DNA of 64,000 nucleotides from a virus: IMG/VR virus record IMGVR_UViG_3300036768_000843, positions 30,994 to 94,993 of that record; one strand, 5' to 3'. Shown piece by piece: positions 47,094 to 56,983 of this stretch (position 1 is its first letter; each line of letters starts with the position of its first letter). The notes under the pieces were generated by a model. It saw only the letters and a program-made list of their open reading frames with translations, ran no database searches and was not told where the DNA came from. The position numbers and the translations under genes were made by a program.

Positions 47094-50000
47094 TCAGTTC
47101 ACCTCAGCCCACGACCGGCCGGCTTTTGCGTCGACGGGGAAGACCACCGTGGTTCCCTCGTACGTGACCTCGCGCGTGAAACATTCGACGATCAGGCTCT
47201 TGAGGCGATCCTGATCGTCTTCGTCGCACTCGAACACGACGGCGTCGTGGATCTGCAAAATCGGAAACGAATTCTTGGGGAGCTTGGGCATGATCTCCAT
47301 GAGCCCCAGGTTGATGATGTCCGCGCCCGTTGACTGCACGGGGAAGTTCACGACTTCGGACATGTCGAACTGCTTGAGCGGAAAACAACGCCGCCGTCCA
47401 AGGATCGCGCTGCGGACCTCGCCCACCTGATCAGCCATGCGCACCATGCGTTGATGCCAAGCAGTAACGCCTGGCATCTTCGTTGCCATCGTCGCGACCA
47501 TCTTACCGATCATTCCGATCGTGACTTTCGGGTAGTCGCGCACGACAGCTTTCCAACCGGCCTCGACCGAGCCACCGTAGAACGCGCAGTTGTGAGAAAG
47601 AAACCCCTCAGCAATGAAAGTCTCTGTCGTCGTCTGAACTGCAACTACCTCGCGGCTGCCGACAGGCTCGACCGAGAGAACTCGTGCGTCAGCTTCGCGC
47701 GAGCGATCTTCCTCCCACGGTTTCATCGTGAACATCATGACGTCGCCGGGGCGTAGCTGATCGGTCCGTACCCACTGCTTGGACTGCCAACGGTGTTTGC
47801 CCTTCCACGGCTGTCCGTTGCCGTTTTGGGGTCGTGCAACCCAGAGGTGTTCGTCGCTCGCAGTAACTTCGCCGTGTGTCGTCACAATGCGGTAACACGG
47901 TTGCCGAAGTGTCTTGACGCACTCGACGATCGACTGCTTGAAGTAGTTTTCGGTCCAGTGCTCACCCGGTGGCGAGCTTGTGAAGCCAATCAGTACGTCG
48001 CCGGGTTTCAAGGTTTCGATCGTGCGCCATGTTAGATCCGCCGCGAGCACCCGCGTACCAGGTACGAGGCAGTACTCCGGCCGTTTCACCATGTCGCGGA
48101 GGACCTTTCGCTCGTCGACGGGCCGCTGATCGAAATCCGGCCAGACGATGCGTGCGAACTCGCTGTGAATGTCACGATCGTTTTGAAAGATCGAGAGCAG
48201 GAACGGATCGCCCGAGAGGAGCGCAATGATCCGGGCTTCCAACTGCTTGGCGTCGAACGCCACCAGCGCGCGCCCCGGCGGGGCGACGACTTGGCTGCGC
48301 AGGTTCGGCCGGCCTTTCTTCTTGTCGGCCTTGGGCCAGTTCTGCGAGCCGGGCGCTTCCGAGCCCCATCGCCCCGTGATCTTGTGAACGCTCCAGCGCG
48401 GATGCACACGGTCGTTTTCGTCAGCGAAACCGTAGACGATCTTGCTCCCGTACTCGCGAGTGAACATCCGCTCGACGAACGTGTTGAGGAGCTTGGCGTT
48501 CTCGCGATAGATCAGGAGCGCCCGAACTTCGGGATAGTCAACGAAGCTCTCCAGGATGTCTTTCTTCGTCGAAATCTTGCCGCTCGCGGTTTGAATCGAC
48601 AGCGGCACGCCGCACGCCTTGAGGAAGGCCACGACGTGATCGCCCCCGTCGAGCTGGAACTTGAAGGGCTTTTTGTCCATCTCTTCGAGCCGCTTGGCGA
48701 TGCGTTCGTCTAGATCCAACGGATCGTTCTTGCGGAGTCGGCGAGCTTGTTCGAGCGCGAGTCGTTCGCGAAAGCTTGCATGGATGCGGGGATCGAGAAC
48801 CTTGGCGAGCAGCTCGTCGCGCGCCTTGCCGATCTTCGCCTTGAACTCGACCCGCAGCTGCTCGTTGATCTCGCGACTGATCGGTACGCCTTGGACGTGC
48901 ATGATTGCCGCCGCCCGCGCCATTGCCTTGTCGACCTCGTACGTCTTCTCGGCGAGCGACTTCTTGACGGCGACGGCAAGCGGTGCAGCGATGCGCATGG
49001 TCGCGAGCGTGTCGCGTGCGTTGTAGGGCAAAAGCTCGTCGAGCGAGCCTTCGCCGTGGCGGAACTCAGCCTTCCATGGCGTGATCGCGTAAAACTGCGT
49101 CGTGACGCGCTGCAGGTCGTGTGGCAGTCCGGGGAACGCGCTGTGATGCGCGAGCAGCGTGTCTTCACACGGCCCGTCGACGGTGAAGCCGTGGCGATTC
49201 AGCACCGGGATGTCGTACAGTCCGTTGTGAAACCACTTCGTGATGTTGCGGTCGGCCAAGATCTGACCGATAGCGTGCTTTGCGCGCGGTGTCAGGATGT
49301 TCCATGCAACGCTGATGGCGCGATCGACGATTGCGAGCCCGATCGCGTTGAGCTTGGCGTGTGCTGCCTGTAGCGCCGAGTGCTTCTTCGGATCGTCGAC
49401 GTAGGTTTCCGTGTCGCAGGCAAACTCGCGCCGGGAACGAATTTCCTCGACCATGCCAAGTACGAGCTGTTCTGCGCGTGCCGAATCGGTCGTTTCGTAC
49501 TCGATGTCGTCTGTGAACCGAAGATCGGCTCCGCGTGCGAGCTGGTTGACTTTCTGAAGGTCGTAGACGAGCAGCCAGAACGCGAGGTCGCTCGTGTGAG
49601 CGCCGCCGCCCGCCGCCAAGCCGCTGCCGCCACGAAGGATCGCAGCCGGATGCGTCGTCGGAATCACGTAGCGCGGCCCCGTTCCGTCGAAGTCGACCTC
49701 GTGCAGTGAGCCGGCCATCTGCGTGATCGAAAACTTCTCGCCGCAGAAATTCTGCGCGGCAACGGCCCCGAGCGCCGCGACGGGACGCCCCGGAAACTGC
49801 GCAAGCTCGCGTTGGAGCCTGGGCGCGCAGCAACGCCTAGCTTCACGCTTATCGCGGTCGGTCGCGTCACTCGGTGGAGCGCAAAGCGTCGCGTTCGACA
49901 CCCAGATCGACTCGCGACGCACGCGAATGCGCGCGAGCGCTTCGGACACCAAGCGGCCCGACTGCCCGACGAAGGGGCGACCTTGCGCGACCTCGTTGTG

Positions 50001-50303
50001 TCCGGGGCCTTCACCCACGATGATCCAGATCGGACGCTCGGAACCTTCAGCCAGAACCGGCAGCGCCGGCCGGCCCATCCGCGCGAATGGGCACTCGAAA
50101 CAGCGCGCGCCGTCGACTGAGCCCCGGACGACCAGCGGCGGCTCGTATTCGTCGTCGGGATCCTCGGGATGGCTCACGGCATCTCGCAGTAACGATGTGT
50201 CATGTAAAACGATTGGATCTTCAGCTCTCGCATGTACCCAAGGACGCTGCGGCGACGTTTCTGCCGCCACCAGCCGGGCCGGTTCGGATCTTCTTGGTTC
50301 CAC
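47094..50303 (-). CDS. Family A DNA polymerase with N-terminal uracil-DNA glycosylase domain and mini-intein
   Basis: GEGPG..E...GRPFVG.SG and HPA (UDG family 4); DTET exonuclease; DAKQLEARI motif A; QIHDA motif C. Confidence 0.9.
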   Translation of the reverse strand: MEPRRSEPARLVAAETSPQRPWVHARAEDPIVLHDTSLLRDAVSHPEDPDDEYEPPLVVRGSVDGARCFECPFARMGRPALPVLAEGSERPIWIIVGEGPGHNEVAQGRPFVGQSGRLVSEALARIRVRRESIWVSNATLCAPPSDATDRDKREARRCCAPRLQRELAQFPGRPVAALGAVAAQNFCGEKFSITQMAGSLHEVDFDGTGPRYVIPTTHPAAILRGGSGLAAGGGAHTSDLAFWLLVYDLQKVNQLARGADLRFTDDIEYETTDSARAEQLVLGMVEEIRSRREFACDTETYVDDPKKHSALQAAHAKLNAIGLAIVDRAISVAWNILTPRAKHAIGQILADRNITKWFHNGLYDIPVLNRHGFTVDGPCEDTLLAHHSAFPGLPHDLQRVTTQFYAITPWKAEFRHGEGSLDELLPYNARDTLATMRIAAPLAVAVKKSLAEKTYEVDKAMARAAAIMHVQGVPISREINEQLRVEFKAKIGKARDELLAKVLDPRIHASFRERLALEQARRLRKNDPLDLDERIAKRLEEMDKKPFKFQLDGGDHVVAFLKACGVPLSIQTASGKISTKKDILESFVDYPEVRALLIYRENAKLLNTFVERMFTREYGSKIVYGFADENDRVHPRWSVHKITGRWGSEAPGSQNWPKADKKKGRPNLRSQVVAPPGRALVAFDAKQLEARIIALLSGDPFLLSIFQNDRDIHSEFARIVWPDFDQRPVDERKVLRDMVKRPEYCLVPGTRVLAADLTWRTIETLKPGDVLIGFTSSPPGEHWTENYFKQSIVECVKTLRQPCYRIVTTHGEVTASDEHLWVARPQNGNGQPWKGKHRWQSKQWVRTDQLRPGDVMMFTMKPWEEDRSREADARVLSVEPVGSREVVAVQTTTETFIAEGFLSHNCAFYGGSVEAGWKAVVRDYPKVTIGMIGKMVATMATKMPGVTAWHQRMVRMADQVGEVRSAILGRRRCFPLKQFDMSEVVNFPVQSTGADIINLGLMEIMPKLPKNSFPILQIHDAVVFECDEDDQDRLKSLIVECFTREVTYEGTTVVFPVDAKAGRSWAEVN
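47589..48071 (-). mobile_element. Mini-intein (161 aa) in polymerase motif B
   Basis: Starts CLVPGTRV, has T.S.EH block B, ends FIAEGFLSHN followed by Cys; no LAGLIDADG domain. Confidence 0.88.
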
Positions 50304-50475
50304 ATCATTCGCCGCACTTCCGCGAAGCTCATGCCGAGGCGATGGTCTTCATAAGTACAGCCGCACACGCACGGTCGAGGAGTTGTCATCGTGACCTCGT
50401 CGACAGAACCTGAAGCAACCGAATCGCAGCGCGCTCGGCAGTGTCATTCGTCTGGCACTGCCGAGGCGCTCTTCA

Positions 50476-51033
50476 CTACCCGCGAGCGCGGGCGCTGCCG
50501 TTGGCCGGCGCGGCCGGACGACGCGGCGTCGTGGCCGGAGGCGTCGGAGCCGCTGCCTTGGGCGGCGTCGGCGCGCTCACGTGCGAGCCGTCGCCCTCGT
50601 ACGGGCGCTCGTCGCACCACTTGGTGAACTCCTTCGTCGTTGGCATGCCCGTGCGCGAGTCGATGTCGTCGAACGTCTCGCTGACGACATCGGCCGTAAA
50701 GCGCGTGCCCTCGAAGGCCTCGCGCGCCAAACGACCCTGAGCGTCACAGGCGACACCCGTCGCCTCGACGATCGCCTTCATGCGCCGACGCGCGAACTCG
50801 TCGTCGCTGATGACGTACGTGCCGACCATCGTCCGGTTCTGCATCGGGCTGCCCTCCGTGATCACCTTGGCCGTGAGGCGCAGCGTCCGGTTGCCCTTCC
50901 TCGACTGGTCGAAAACCGCCTTCGTGATCTCGAAGTCGTAGGTGCCGGGCTCGATGCGCTGGTTGCGTCCACCGTGCGGCGTGAGGTTCGGGTCGTTCAG
51001 GTTCATGTCGATGAAATCGATGTACTCAGCCAT
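50476..51033 (-). CDS. DUF669-like ssDNA-binding protein
   Basis: IEPGTYDFEITKA...SRKGNRTL; disordered tail; follows AAA_24. Confidence 0.65.
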   Translation of the reverse strand: MAEYIDFIDMNLNDPNLTPHGGRNQRIEPGTYDFEITKAVFDQSRKGNRTLRLTAKVITEGSPMQNRTMVGTYVISDDEFARRRMKAIVEATGVACDAQGRLAREAFEGTRFTADVVSETFDDIDSRTGMPTTKEFTKWCDERPYEGDGSHVSAPTPPKAAAPTPPATTPRRPAAPANGSARARG

Positions 51034-51074
51034 GGGACTTTCCTTTTCTCTTTTCTGGTTGACAGTTCGCGAAA

Positions 51075-51980
51075 CTACCTAGCCACACTCCGGCCAGGTG
51101 CAGACATGGGTGGTGGCATCGGGCGCGACGCTGCGGCCTTGCCTTTGCCGTTGGCAGCGACCGGCACGACGGCTTCCGATCGGACCTCGCGAGGCTGTTC
51201 GGCTTCGGCGTCGCGGTCGTTGTTGGGCAAGATGCCAAGCGCCTCAGCAAGTGTGCGGTACGTGCAGTCGGGAACGAAGACATCTTCCCCACCCTCGACC
51301 GTTTGCACGTAGCCAAGCGGATCGGGCAGGCGACCTTCGTCGCGTCCGCCAGCTTGGTACTGCATGTACTTGCGCGTCCGGATCTCGAACTGCAGCGGCT
51401 GGTTCGGCTGCAGCTGATAGGAACGGTGGTAGAACACGTAGTCGCATGCCGCCGCGAACTTGGCGGCGTTCTGTCCCGACAGCATCGGGCCGCCGATCGG
51501 CGTCTCGTCACCGGGCGGCTTTTCCAACGCGAGCCACACGACGTTGCAATTGAGCAGGTGAATCTGCTCGCGCAGCATCTTCAGATGTTGGCCAAGCTTC
51601 TGGTAGAGCTGACGGCTGTCGCCGCGCCCACCGCTGGCGGCATCGAGCGTGTTGAAAAACAGATCGGCGTAGAACGTGAGCGAATCGATCACGATGGTCT
51701 GAACTTCGCCACGACGAATGAGCGCCTCAGCGTCATGGACCGACGTCATCATGTCGGTCGCCTTCTCAAGCGACCACACCTGCGGCACGCGATCCTTCTC
51801 GAAGAGGGCATTTCGATCCATGTGAAACAACGTCGTCCAGCCAGACTCGGTCGCGTCGCTGAGAAACAGCGGACGCGGCCACGTGCCGGCGAAGCGCGTT
51901 TTGCCCGAGCGCGACTGTCCGTACGACAACGCCGTGATCCGGCGGGTCTTGCCTGGCTTGCTAATGTCGATGACTTTCAT
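51075..51980 (-). CDS. AAA_24 / Sak4-like recombination ATPase
   Basis: YGQSRSGKT, TIVIDSLT. Confidence 0.75.
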   Translation of the reverse strand: MKVIDISKPGKTRRITALSYGQSRSGKTRFAGTWPRPLFLSDATESGWTTLFHMDRNALFEKDRVPQVWSLEKATDMMTSVHDAEALIRRGEVQTIVIDSLTFYADLFFNTLDAASGGRGDSRQLYQKLGQHLKMLREQIHLLNCNVVWLALEKPPGDETPIGGPMLSGQNAAKFAAACDYVFYHRSYQLQPNQPLQFEIRTRKYMQYQAGGRDEGRLPDPLGYVQTVEGGEDVFVPDCTYRTLAEALGILPNNDRDAEAEQPREVRSEAVVPVAANGKGKAAASRPMPPPMSAPGRSVAR

Positions 51981-52987
51981 GCGAGCTCCCTTTGTGTGTG
52001 AATCGCGGTTTCACTGCCTTCGCTGTCGCCGTTCGACGACGACGACGACGCCCTGCTCGGCGGTGACCATTCGCGCTTTCGAATGGGCACGAGTCTTTGA
52101 TTCTCCGCGCAGTGATCGAATAGATGGCAGGTCCCAAACTTCGTCGTGCAGTTGGCGCGCGCACGCGGCCAGGTGCCTGTTGCGGCGTACATCTGCTGCA
52201 GCGCCGTCCACATCTTCAGGTCTTCGGTGTGTTGCTGTACGTGCCAGCGCTGCGCCGGCACGACGACGCGATGGAAACGAACGAGCCTCTGCTTGCCGAT
52301 GATGTTGACGATCGTTCCGCGCAGCTTGCCGTACTTCTTGTCCAGTCCGGCGCGCTTCCAGATCATGATCTGGCCGAGGATCTCTCCGTCGTTTCGCCAG
52401 CCGTCGAGAACATCGGGGGTAAAACGCGAGGAACTTTTATGTTCGACGACATATACCCCCGGCAAGAGATCGAGCTGCGCCTCTGTGACCTCGGCGATCA
52501 AGTCGTAGCGGCACGTGTAGCCGTCTGAATCTTGCGCCCACGCTTCGATGTCGAGCGGATACAAGTAGTCCTGCTCGTAGTGTGCGGCGTACGCCTCGTA
52601 GAGACGCCACGCTTCGATCACGGGCCGTGGATCGACATCGCTCGCGATCAAGGCATCCTTGGCGACGTAGGGTGTCAACGTTAGTGCGTCGTCAAGCATC
52701 CACTTGTAGTGCAGCGCCAAAAAGGTGTGCAGCGCAGAGCCCGTTTCGAGCGCGAGCGTCGGCGCGCCCCGCTGGCCGTCGAGATAGGTCAGCTTGTAGA
52801 GATACGGGCAGCGCTGAAACACGGCGAAGCTCGACCAGCCACGCCCAGACGCGCCGCCGAGCTTCTCCAACTTGTGGAGAGCAAAGATCTCGTTCATCAC
52901 CTCGTCGAACCGACGACGATTGGGGTCGGTGCCGTCCATCGTGAAGTAGTCCGGTTCGCCGGTACCGCGTTGTAGTTGGTCCGTCAT
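51977..52987 (-). CDS. PD-(D/E)XK exonuclease (RecB/Cas4-like)
   Basis: CP, G...H, RYDL, VEHK, C-terminal Cys cluster. Confidence 0.75.
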   Translation of the reverse strand: MTDQLQRGTGEPDYFTMDGTDPNRRRFDEVMNEIFALHKLEKLGGASGRGWSSFAVFQRCPYLYKLTYLDGQRGAPTLALETGSALHTFLALHYKWMLDDALTLTPYVAKDALIASDVDPRPVIEAWRLYEAYAAHYEQDYLYPLDIEAWAQDSDGYTCRYDLIAEVTEAQLDLLPGVYVVEHKSSSRFTPDVLDGWRNDGEILGQIMIWKRAGLDKKYGKLRGTIVNIIGKQRLVRFHRVVVPAQRWHVQQHTEDLKMWTALQQMYAATGTWPRARANCTTKFGTCHLFDHCAENQRLVPIRKREWSPPSRASSSSSNGDSEGSETAIHTQRELA

Positions 52988-52994
52988 GGAAATC

Positions 52995-54743
52995 TCAGGC
53001 GTCCAGGTGCCACAGTTCGCCGTGATAGTCGCTGTCGTCTTCGTCTTCGGGATGGTCCGCCAGAACTGCAGCAGCGATTGCGTTCAGGTCTTCGGTCGTC
53101 AGCGGCCCACCGCCGATGCCAGTAAACCCACTGGCTATGACATCGACGGCGCTTTCGGCGGCCGGAACGCCAAGACGGAGTGCCAACTCACACTTGACTT
53201 GTAACGATTCGAGGATCTTACGCTCGATGTCGTGATCGATGATCACGTACGTCGCTGCGATGGGCTGATGACCATTGAACGGGCGCATCTCAGCCTGTGC
53301 CACGATGGCCGGTGTGTAGTCGAGTTCGGCGAAGATTTCCTGGCGGGCCGCGCTCAGATCGATGCCGACCTGCCCGACGGACAGCGTGATGCACAGAGGC
53401 GCGCAAGGATGCGCGCGCCAGCGGTCGAAGATGCTGGCGCGGACGTCCATGCTCGTCGAGCCCGACACGACGAATCCTGGGTAGCCCTGCTTGGCGAGGG
53501 CCTCTTCGATCCGGATCGCGACGTCGCGGTGCCACGTCCAGACGATCACGCGCTCTCCGCTGTCGAGTACGCGGCGTGCGGCATCGATAGCCCCTTCGAT
53601 CTTGAGGTTGGCCAAGAGCCGCCGGAATCGCGCGGTTGCGCCGATCACCGAAGACGTGCGTGCATGATCGCGAACTCGTTCGGCCTCTTTCTCGACCTGG
53701 AACGCTTGCTGCTCGGTGATCTCGACAACTTCGACTGTGCGAGAGATCGGAGGCATCTCACCGAGCACGTTCGGCCACGTGCGCCGGATCATGATTTCAG
53801 TCATGCGCGCACGGAACTCCTCTTCGTAAGAGGAGCCGTCGGCGACGAAGCCGTGCGGCCCCATGCGGCCAGCGGCGTAGCGCGTCGCGTACTCGTGGAA
53901 CTTGCCGAACGCAGCCGGGGTAAGAGCTGCCAGCGTCGTGTAGAGCCCAGCAGGCTTGTTCCACAGCGGTGTTCCCGTCGCTCCGACGACGCGCCTTGCG
54001 GCAGACGCCATGAACACGGCGGCCCGGCTGCGGTGGCTGTTCCGATTCGACAGCAGGTGGATCTCGTCAAAGATCAGCGTGCCGATCCGGAGGTTGCCGA
54101 AATTCTTCCAGGCCGCGAGGATGTCGTAGTGCAAGAACACGATCGGAGCGTTCTTGAGCACGTCTTCGTCGAAGCGTTCACCTTCGAGTACGTCGAAGCC
54201 GCGATCTTTCTTGTGTCGGATCGGCCTTTTCGGATCGCTATAGACCACGCGACGTCCCTGCAAGACGAGCGGCCGAACCTCGGGCCAGCGGCGGCGAAAC
54301 CACCCGAGCCAAACGTCCCGTGTCGGTAGCGGCGCGACGACCACGAGCGGGCCCTCGTCGAGTTCGTGCGAACTGACGAGCTGGGCGGTTTTCCCCATGC
54401 GCATCTGATCCGCAAGCAGCGATCCCCGACGGCTGCGGATGAAATCGCGGCCCTCGTGCTGGTACTTGCGCAGCTTCCAGTCAAGTTGGATCGTTTGCTG
54501 ATCGAACGCTTCGTGATCACTGGGCGTTCGCAGGCTTTCGAGCAGCGCGGCAACCTCTGGGTGCTGCCGTGCGAGCAACGGCAAGTGCGAACGATGCACG
54601 AGTGGCCCCCAACGACGATCGAGTTGGATGCACGGCGCTCCTGCGATCTCTGGCGCCCAAGCCAGAGGAATCGCAAACCAATCTGGGCGTGTTGGATGCG
54701 CAGCCAAAGTCGATCGGCTTTGGCTCACCGAAGCAGCCTGCAT
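52995..54743 (-). CDS. SNF2-family helicase
   Basis: ADQMRMGKT, DEIH, TGTP, GIDL, QAEMR. Confidence 0.8.
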   Translation of the reverse strand: MQAASVSQSRSTLAAHPTRPDWFAIPLAWAPEIAGAPCIQLDRRWGPLVHRSHLPLLARQHPEVAALLESLRTPSDHEAFDQQTIQLDWKLRKYQHEGRDFIRSRRGSLLADQMRMGKTAQLVSSHELDEGPLVVVAPLPTRDVWLGWFRRRWPEVRPLVLQGRRVVYSDPKRPIRHKKDRGFDVLEGERFDEDVLKNAPIVFLHYDILAAWKNFGNLRIGTLIFDEIHLLSNRNSHRSRAAVFMASAARRVVGATGTPLWNKPAGLYTTLAALTPAAFGKFHEYATRYAAGRMGPHGFVADGSSYEEEFRARMTEIMIRRTWPNVLGEMPPISRTVEVVEITEQQAFQVEKEAERVRDHARTSSVIGATARFRRLLANLKIEGAIDAARRVLDSGERVIVWTWHRDVAIRIEEALAKQGYPGFVVSGSTSMDVRASIFDRWRAHPCAPLCITLSVGQVGIDLSAARQEIFAELDYTPAIVAQAEMRPFNGHQPIAATYVIIDHDIERKILESLQVKCELALRLGVPAAESAVDVIASGFTGIGGGPLTTEDLNAIAAAVLADHPEDEDDSDYHGELWHLDA

Positions 54744-54789
54744 GACATCCCTAGTTGTCGTTCCCTAGTGGGCGGCACGCTAACCGTGC

Positions 54790-54932
54790 GATCGGTGATC
54801 CGTCAAGATCGATCGCGTGCGATCCGCGCGCGATCGTCACGATCTCGATCGCGCGCCGATCACGCCGATCGCGCTGATCGTGATCTCGCAGATCTACACG
54901 AACACGATCGGTTGCGCACGCGACGACGGATC
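54790..54932. other. GATC cluster, candidate replication origin
   Basis: 15 GATC sites counted in about 143 bp between divergent replication genes. Confidence 0.6.
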
Positions 54933-54983
54933 GAGTTGCGATGAAAAGCTTGACGCTCGCAGGGCGTTCCGGTAACTCGCAAC

Positions 54984-56693
54984 TTGGTGACGACGACGGC
55001 GGACGATAACATCATCCCGTTCCCCGGAATCTTCGACGCGACGAGCGCAGCGGATACCGCTAGCGCAAGCGACGACAGTAGTAGCAACGGCCACGGATCC
55101 CGATCTCGTTCTCGTCTACTTCGCGATTCCGTGGCGGCGTGGACGCGAGAGCACGTCTGGAAGATCCGCCACAACAAACAGTTCAACGACGATCAGAAGC
55201 GTCGCATCCTGTTCAACTTCATCGTGACGCAGGAAAACCGCAAGATACAGCGAGGCGCGTTTCTTCGCACGACGGACGGCCGCGCCTATCTGTTCGATGG
55301 TCGACGTCGCAAGCTGTATCGCATCGACGAGCGGGATCCCGAGTTTCGGGGCTACCTGCAAGTCATGTACGGGCTCAACTCCAGCGAGCAGTTTACGCGG
55401 CACATCATCTCCGCGCTGTACAACACCGCCATCGCCACCGGCAGCCTGCGCGAGGTGCGTCGATTTTCGTACTGGGATCACGATCGGCAGACGCTGTACA
55501 TCTCGCGCTACGACGGCACTTGCTACGTGATCGACGGCAACGAGATTGAAATCCGCGACAACGGCTACGGTTCGGCCGTGTTTCTCGACGACGATGGCGG
55601 CACCAACTGCGACGTGCCTCCCGACGACGGCCCAATCGTTGGCAACAACCGGCTGCTGTTCCGGCATCTGATCGATGACCTCAACTACGTGCCGACGACG
55701 ACGGGTCACATGTCGCCGGCCATCCAGCGGACATGTCTTGGCATCTGGATGTTCGCGATTGCTTTCCCAGATCTCTTGCCAGCAAAGCCGATCCTGCTCG
55801 TCGAGGGTGAGCCTGGCAGCGGCAAGTCGCTTGCGCTGCAACGCCTGGCGTTCGCGCTGCACGGCAAGAGCACGTCGTTGACGATTCCCAAAAAGGAGGA
55901 CCCGGACTTTGGCGTCAAGATCCTCCGATCGCCGCTGGCCATCATCGAAGACGTCAACACGCACATCGAATGGCTCCAGGACATGCTGTGCTCGTACACG
56001 ACTGGCGGCGCATGGTCCAAGCGGAAGCTGTACACCGACGACGTCGAGCACGTGATCCGTCCACAGAGCTTTCTGCACATCACGAGCAACAACCCCGCGA
56101 CCTTCCGGCAGCGTCAGCTCGCGGATCGGTGCTTGATCATCCGACTCGACCGCCGGGACGGCAACTTTGGAGCTGCCGATCAGCTAATCGAACGAGTTCG
56201 AGACTGGCGGCCCCAACTGCAAGGCGAGTGGCTGTACTGGCTCAACGAGATCGTCGGTGAGCTGCGCCGACCACAACCTCCGGTCACGTCTGCCTATCGA
56301 ATGGCTGACTTCGCGCGGCTTGCGCACCTGATCGGACGTGTTCTGAATCAACCTGCTGGGCCGGTTGGAGACTGGTCGCCAGCCGCGATCGAGCAGATGC
56401 TCGCGGCCATGCAGACCGAGCGTGACTTGCTCGTGGTCGGCGAAGGTGACACGCTCGTCGAGCTGCTCGATCGCTGGCTCGATACCGCGTCGAACCAAGG
56501 CCGAGAGATCCGACTCACTGAGCTGTACCGTGAGTTGGCCGCGCTCGCGCGACTGCAGAATCAGTCCTTTTTCAGGTCACCCAAGGGCCTTGGCGTTCGA
56601 CTGCGTGAGGCGGGCAACGCGCTCGCACGGCACTTCGCGATCACACAAGCCACCGTGGACGAAACGACGGTGTACACGTTTCGTCGTCTTTAA
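54984..56693 (+). CDS. Primase-associated P-loop helicase
   Basis: GEPGSGKS, RKLYTD, LADRCL, YRMADFA; start uncertain. Confidence 0.75.
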   Translation: MVTTTADDNIIPFPGIFDATSAADTASASDDSSSNGHGSRSRSRLLRDSVAAWTREHVWKIRHNKQFNDDQKRRILFNFIVTQENRKIQRGAFLRTTDGRAYLFDGRRRKLYRIDERDPEFRGYLQVMYGLNSSEQFTRHIISALYNTAIATGSLREVRRFSYWDHDRQTLYISRYDGTCYVIDGNEIEIRDNGYGSAVFLDDDGGTNCDVPPDDGPIVGNNRLLFRHLIDDLNYVPTTTGHMSPAIQRTCLGIWMFAIAFPDLLPAKPILLVEGEPGSGKSLALQRLAFALHGKSTSLTIPKKEDPDFGVKILRSPLAIIEDVNTHIEWLQDMLCSYTTGGAWSKRKLYTDDVEHVIRPQSFLHITSNNPATFRQRQLADRCLIIRLDRRDGNFGAADQLIERVRDWRPQLQGEWLYWLNEIVGELRRPQPPVTSAYRMADFARLAHLIGRVLNQPAGPVGDWSPAAIEQMLAAMQTERDLLVVGEGDTLVELLDRWLDTASNQGREIRLTELYRELAALARLQNQSFFRSPKGLGVRLREAGNALARHFAITQATVDETTVYTFRRL

Positions 56694-56695
56694 CC

Positions 56696-56983
56696 GTGGA
56701 GACTCGTTTGGAAACAGTCGTCGTCAACATGCGCACGAGCGCTTGGGACGTCGCGATCGATCGGTCGTCGCCGTTCGGTAACCCGTACCGGCTCGGCAAA
56801 GACGGCGATCGTCGGCGCGTACTCGAAAAGTTCAAGGAGTACTTCCTGCGGCGTGTCGAGTCCGATCCAGAGTTTCGCAGGCGCGTGCTTGCGCTGCGAG
56901 GAAAGCGCCTCGGGTGTCACTGCGCGCCGCAGCCATGCCACGGCACGATCATCGCCGAGTGGCTGACGAACCAAGCTGAATGA
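56696..56983 (+). CDS. DUF4326 protein
   Basis: IDRSSPFGNP...LRGKRLGCHCAPQPCHG. Confidence 0.8.
   Translation: METRLETVVVNMRTSAWDVAIDRSSPFGNPYRLGKDGDRRRVLEKFKEYFLRRVESDPEFRRRVLALRGKRLGCHCAPQPCHGTIIAEWLTNQAE

Noticed and set aside
51977-52987. Cas4 adaptation gene for the CRISPR array
   Set aside because: It sits in a standard phage recombination trio (nuclease, AAA_24, SSB) with no cas1/cas2
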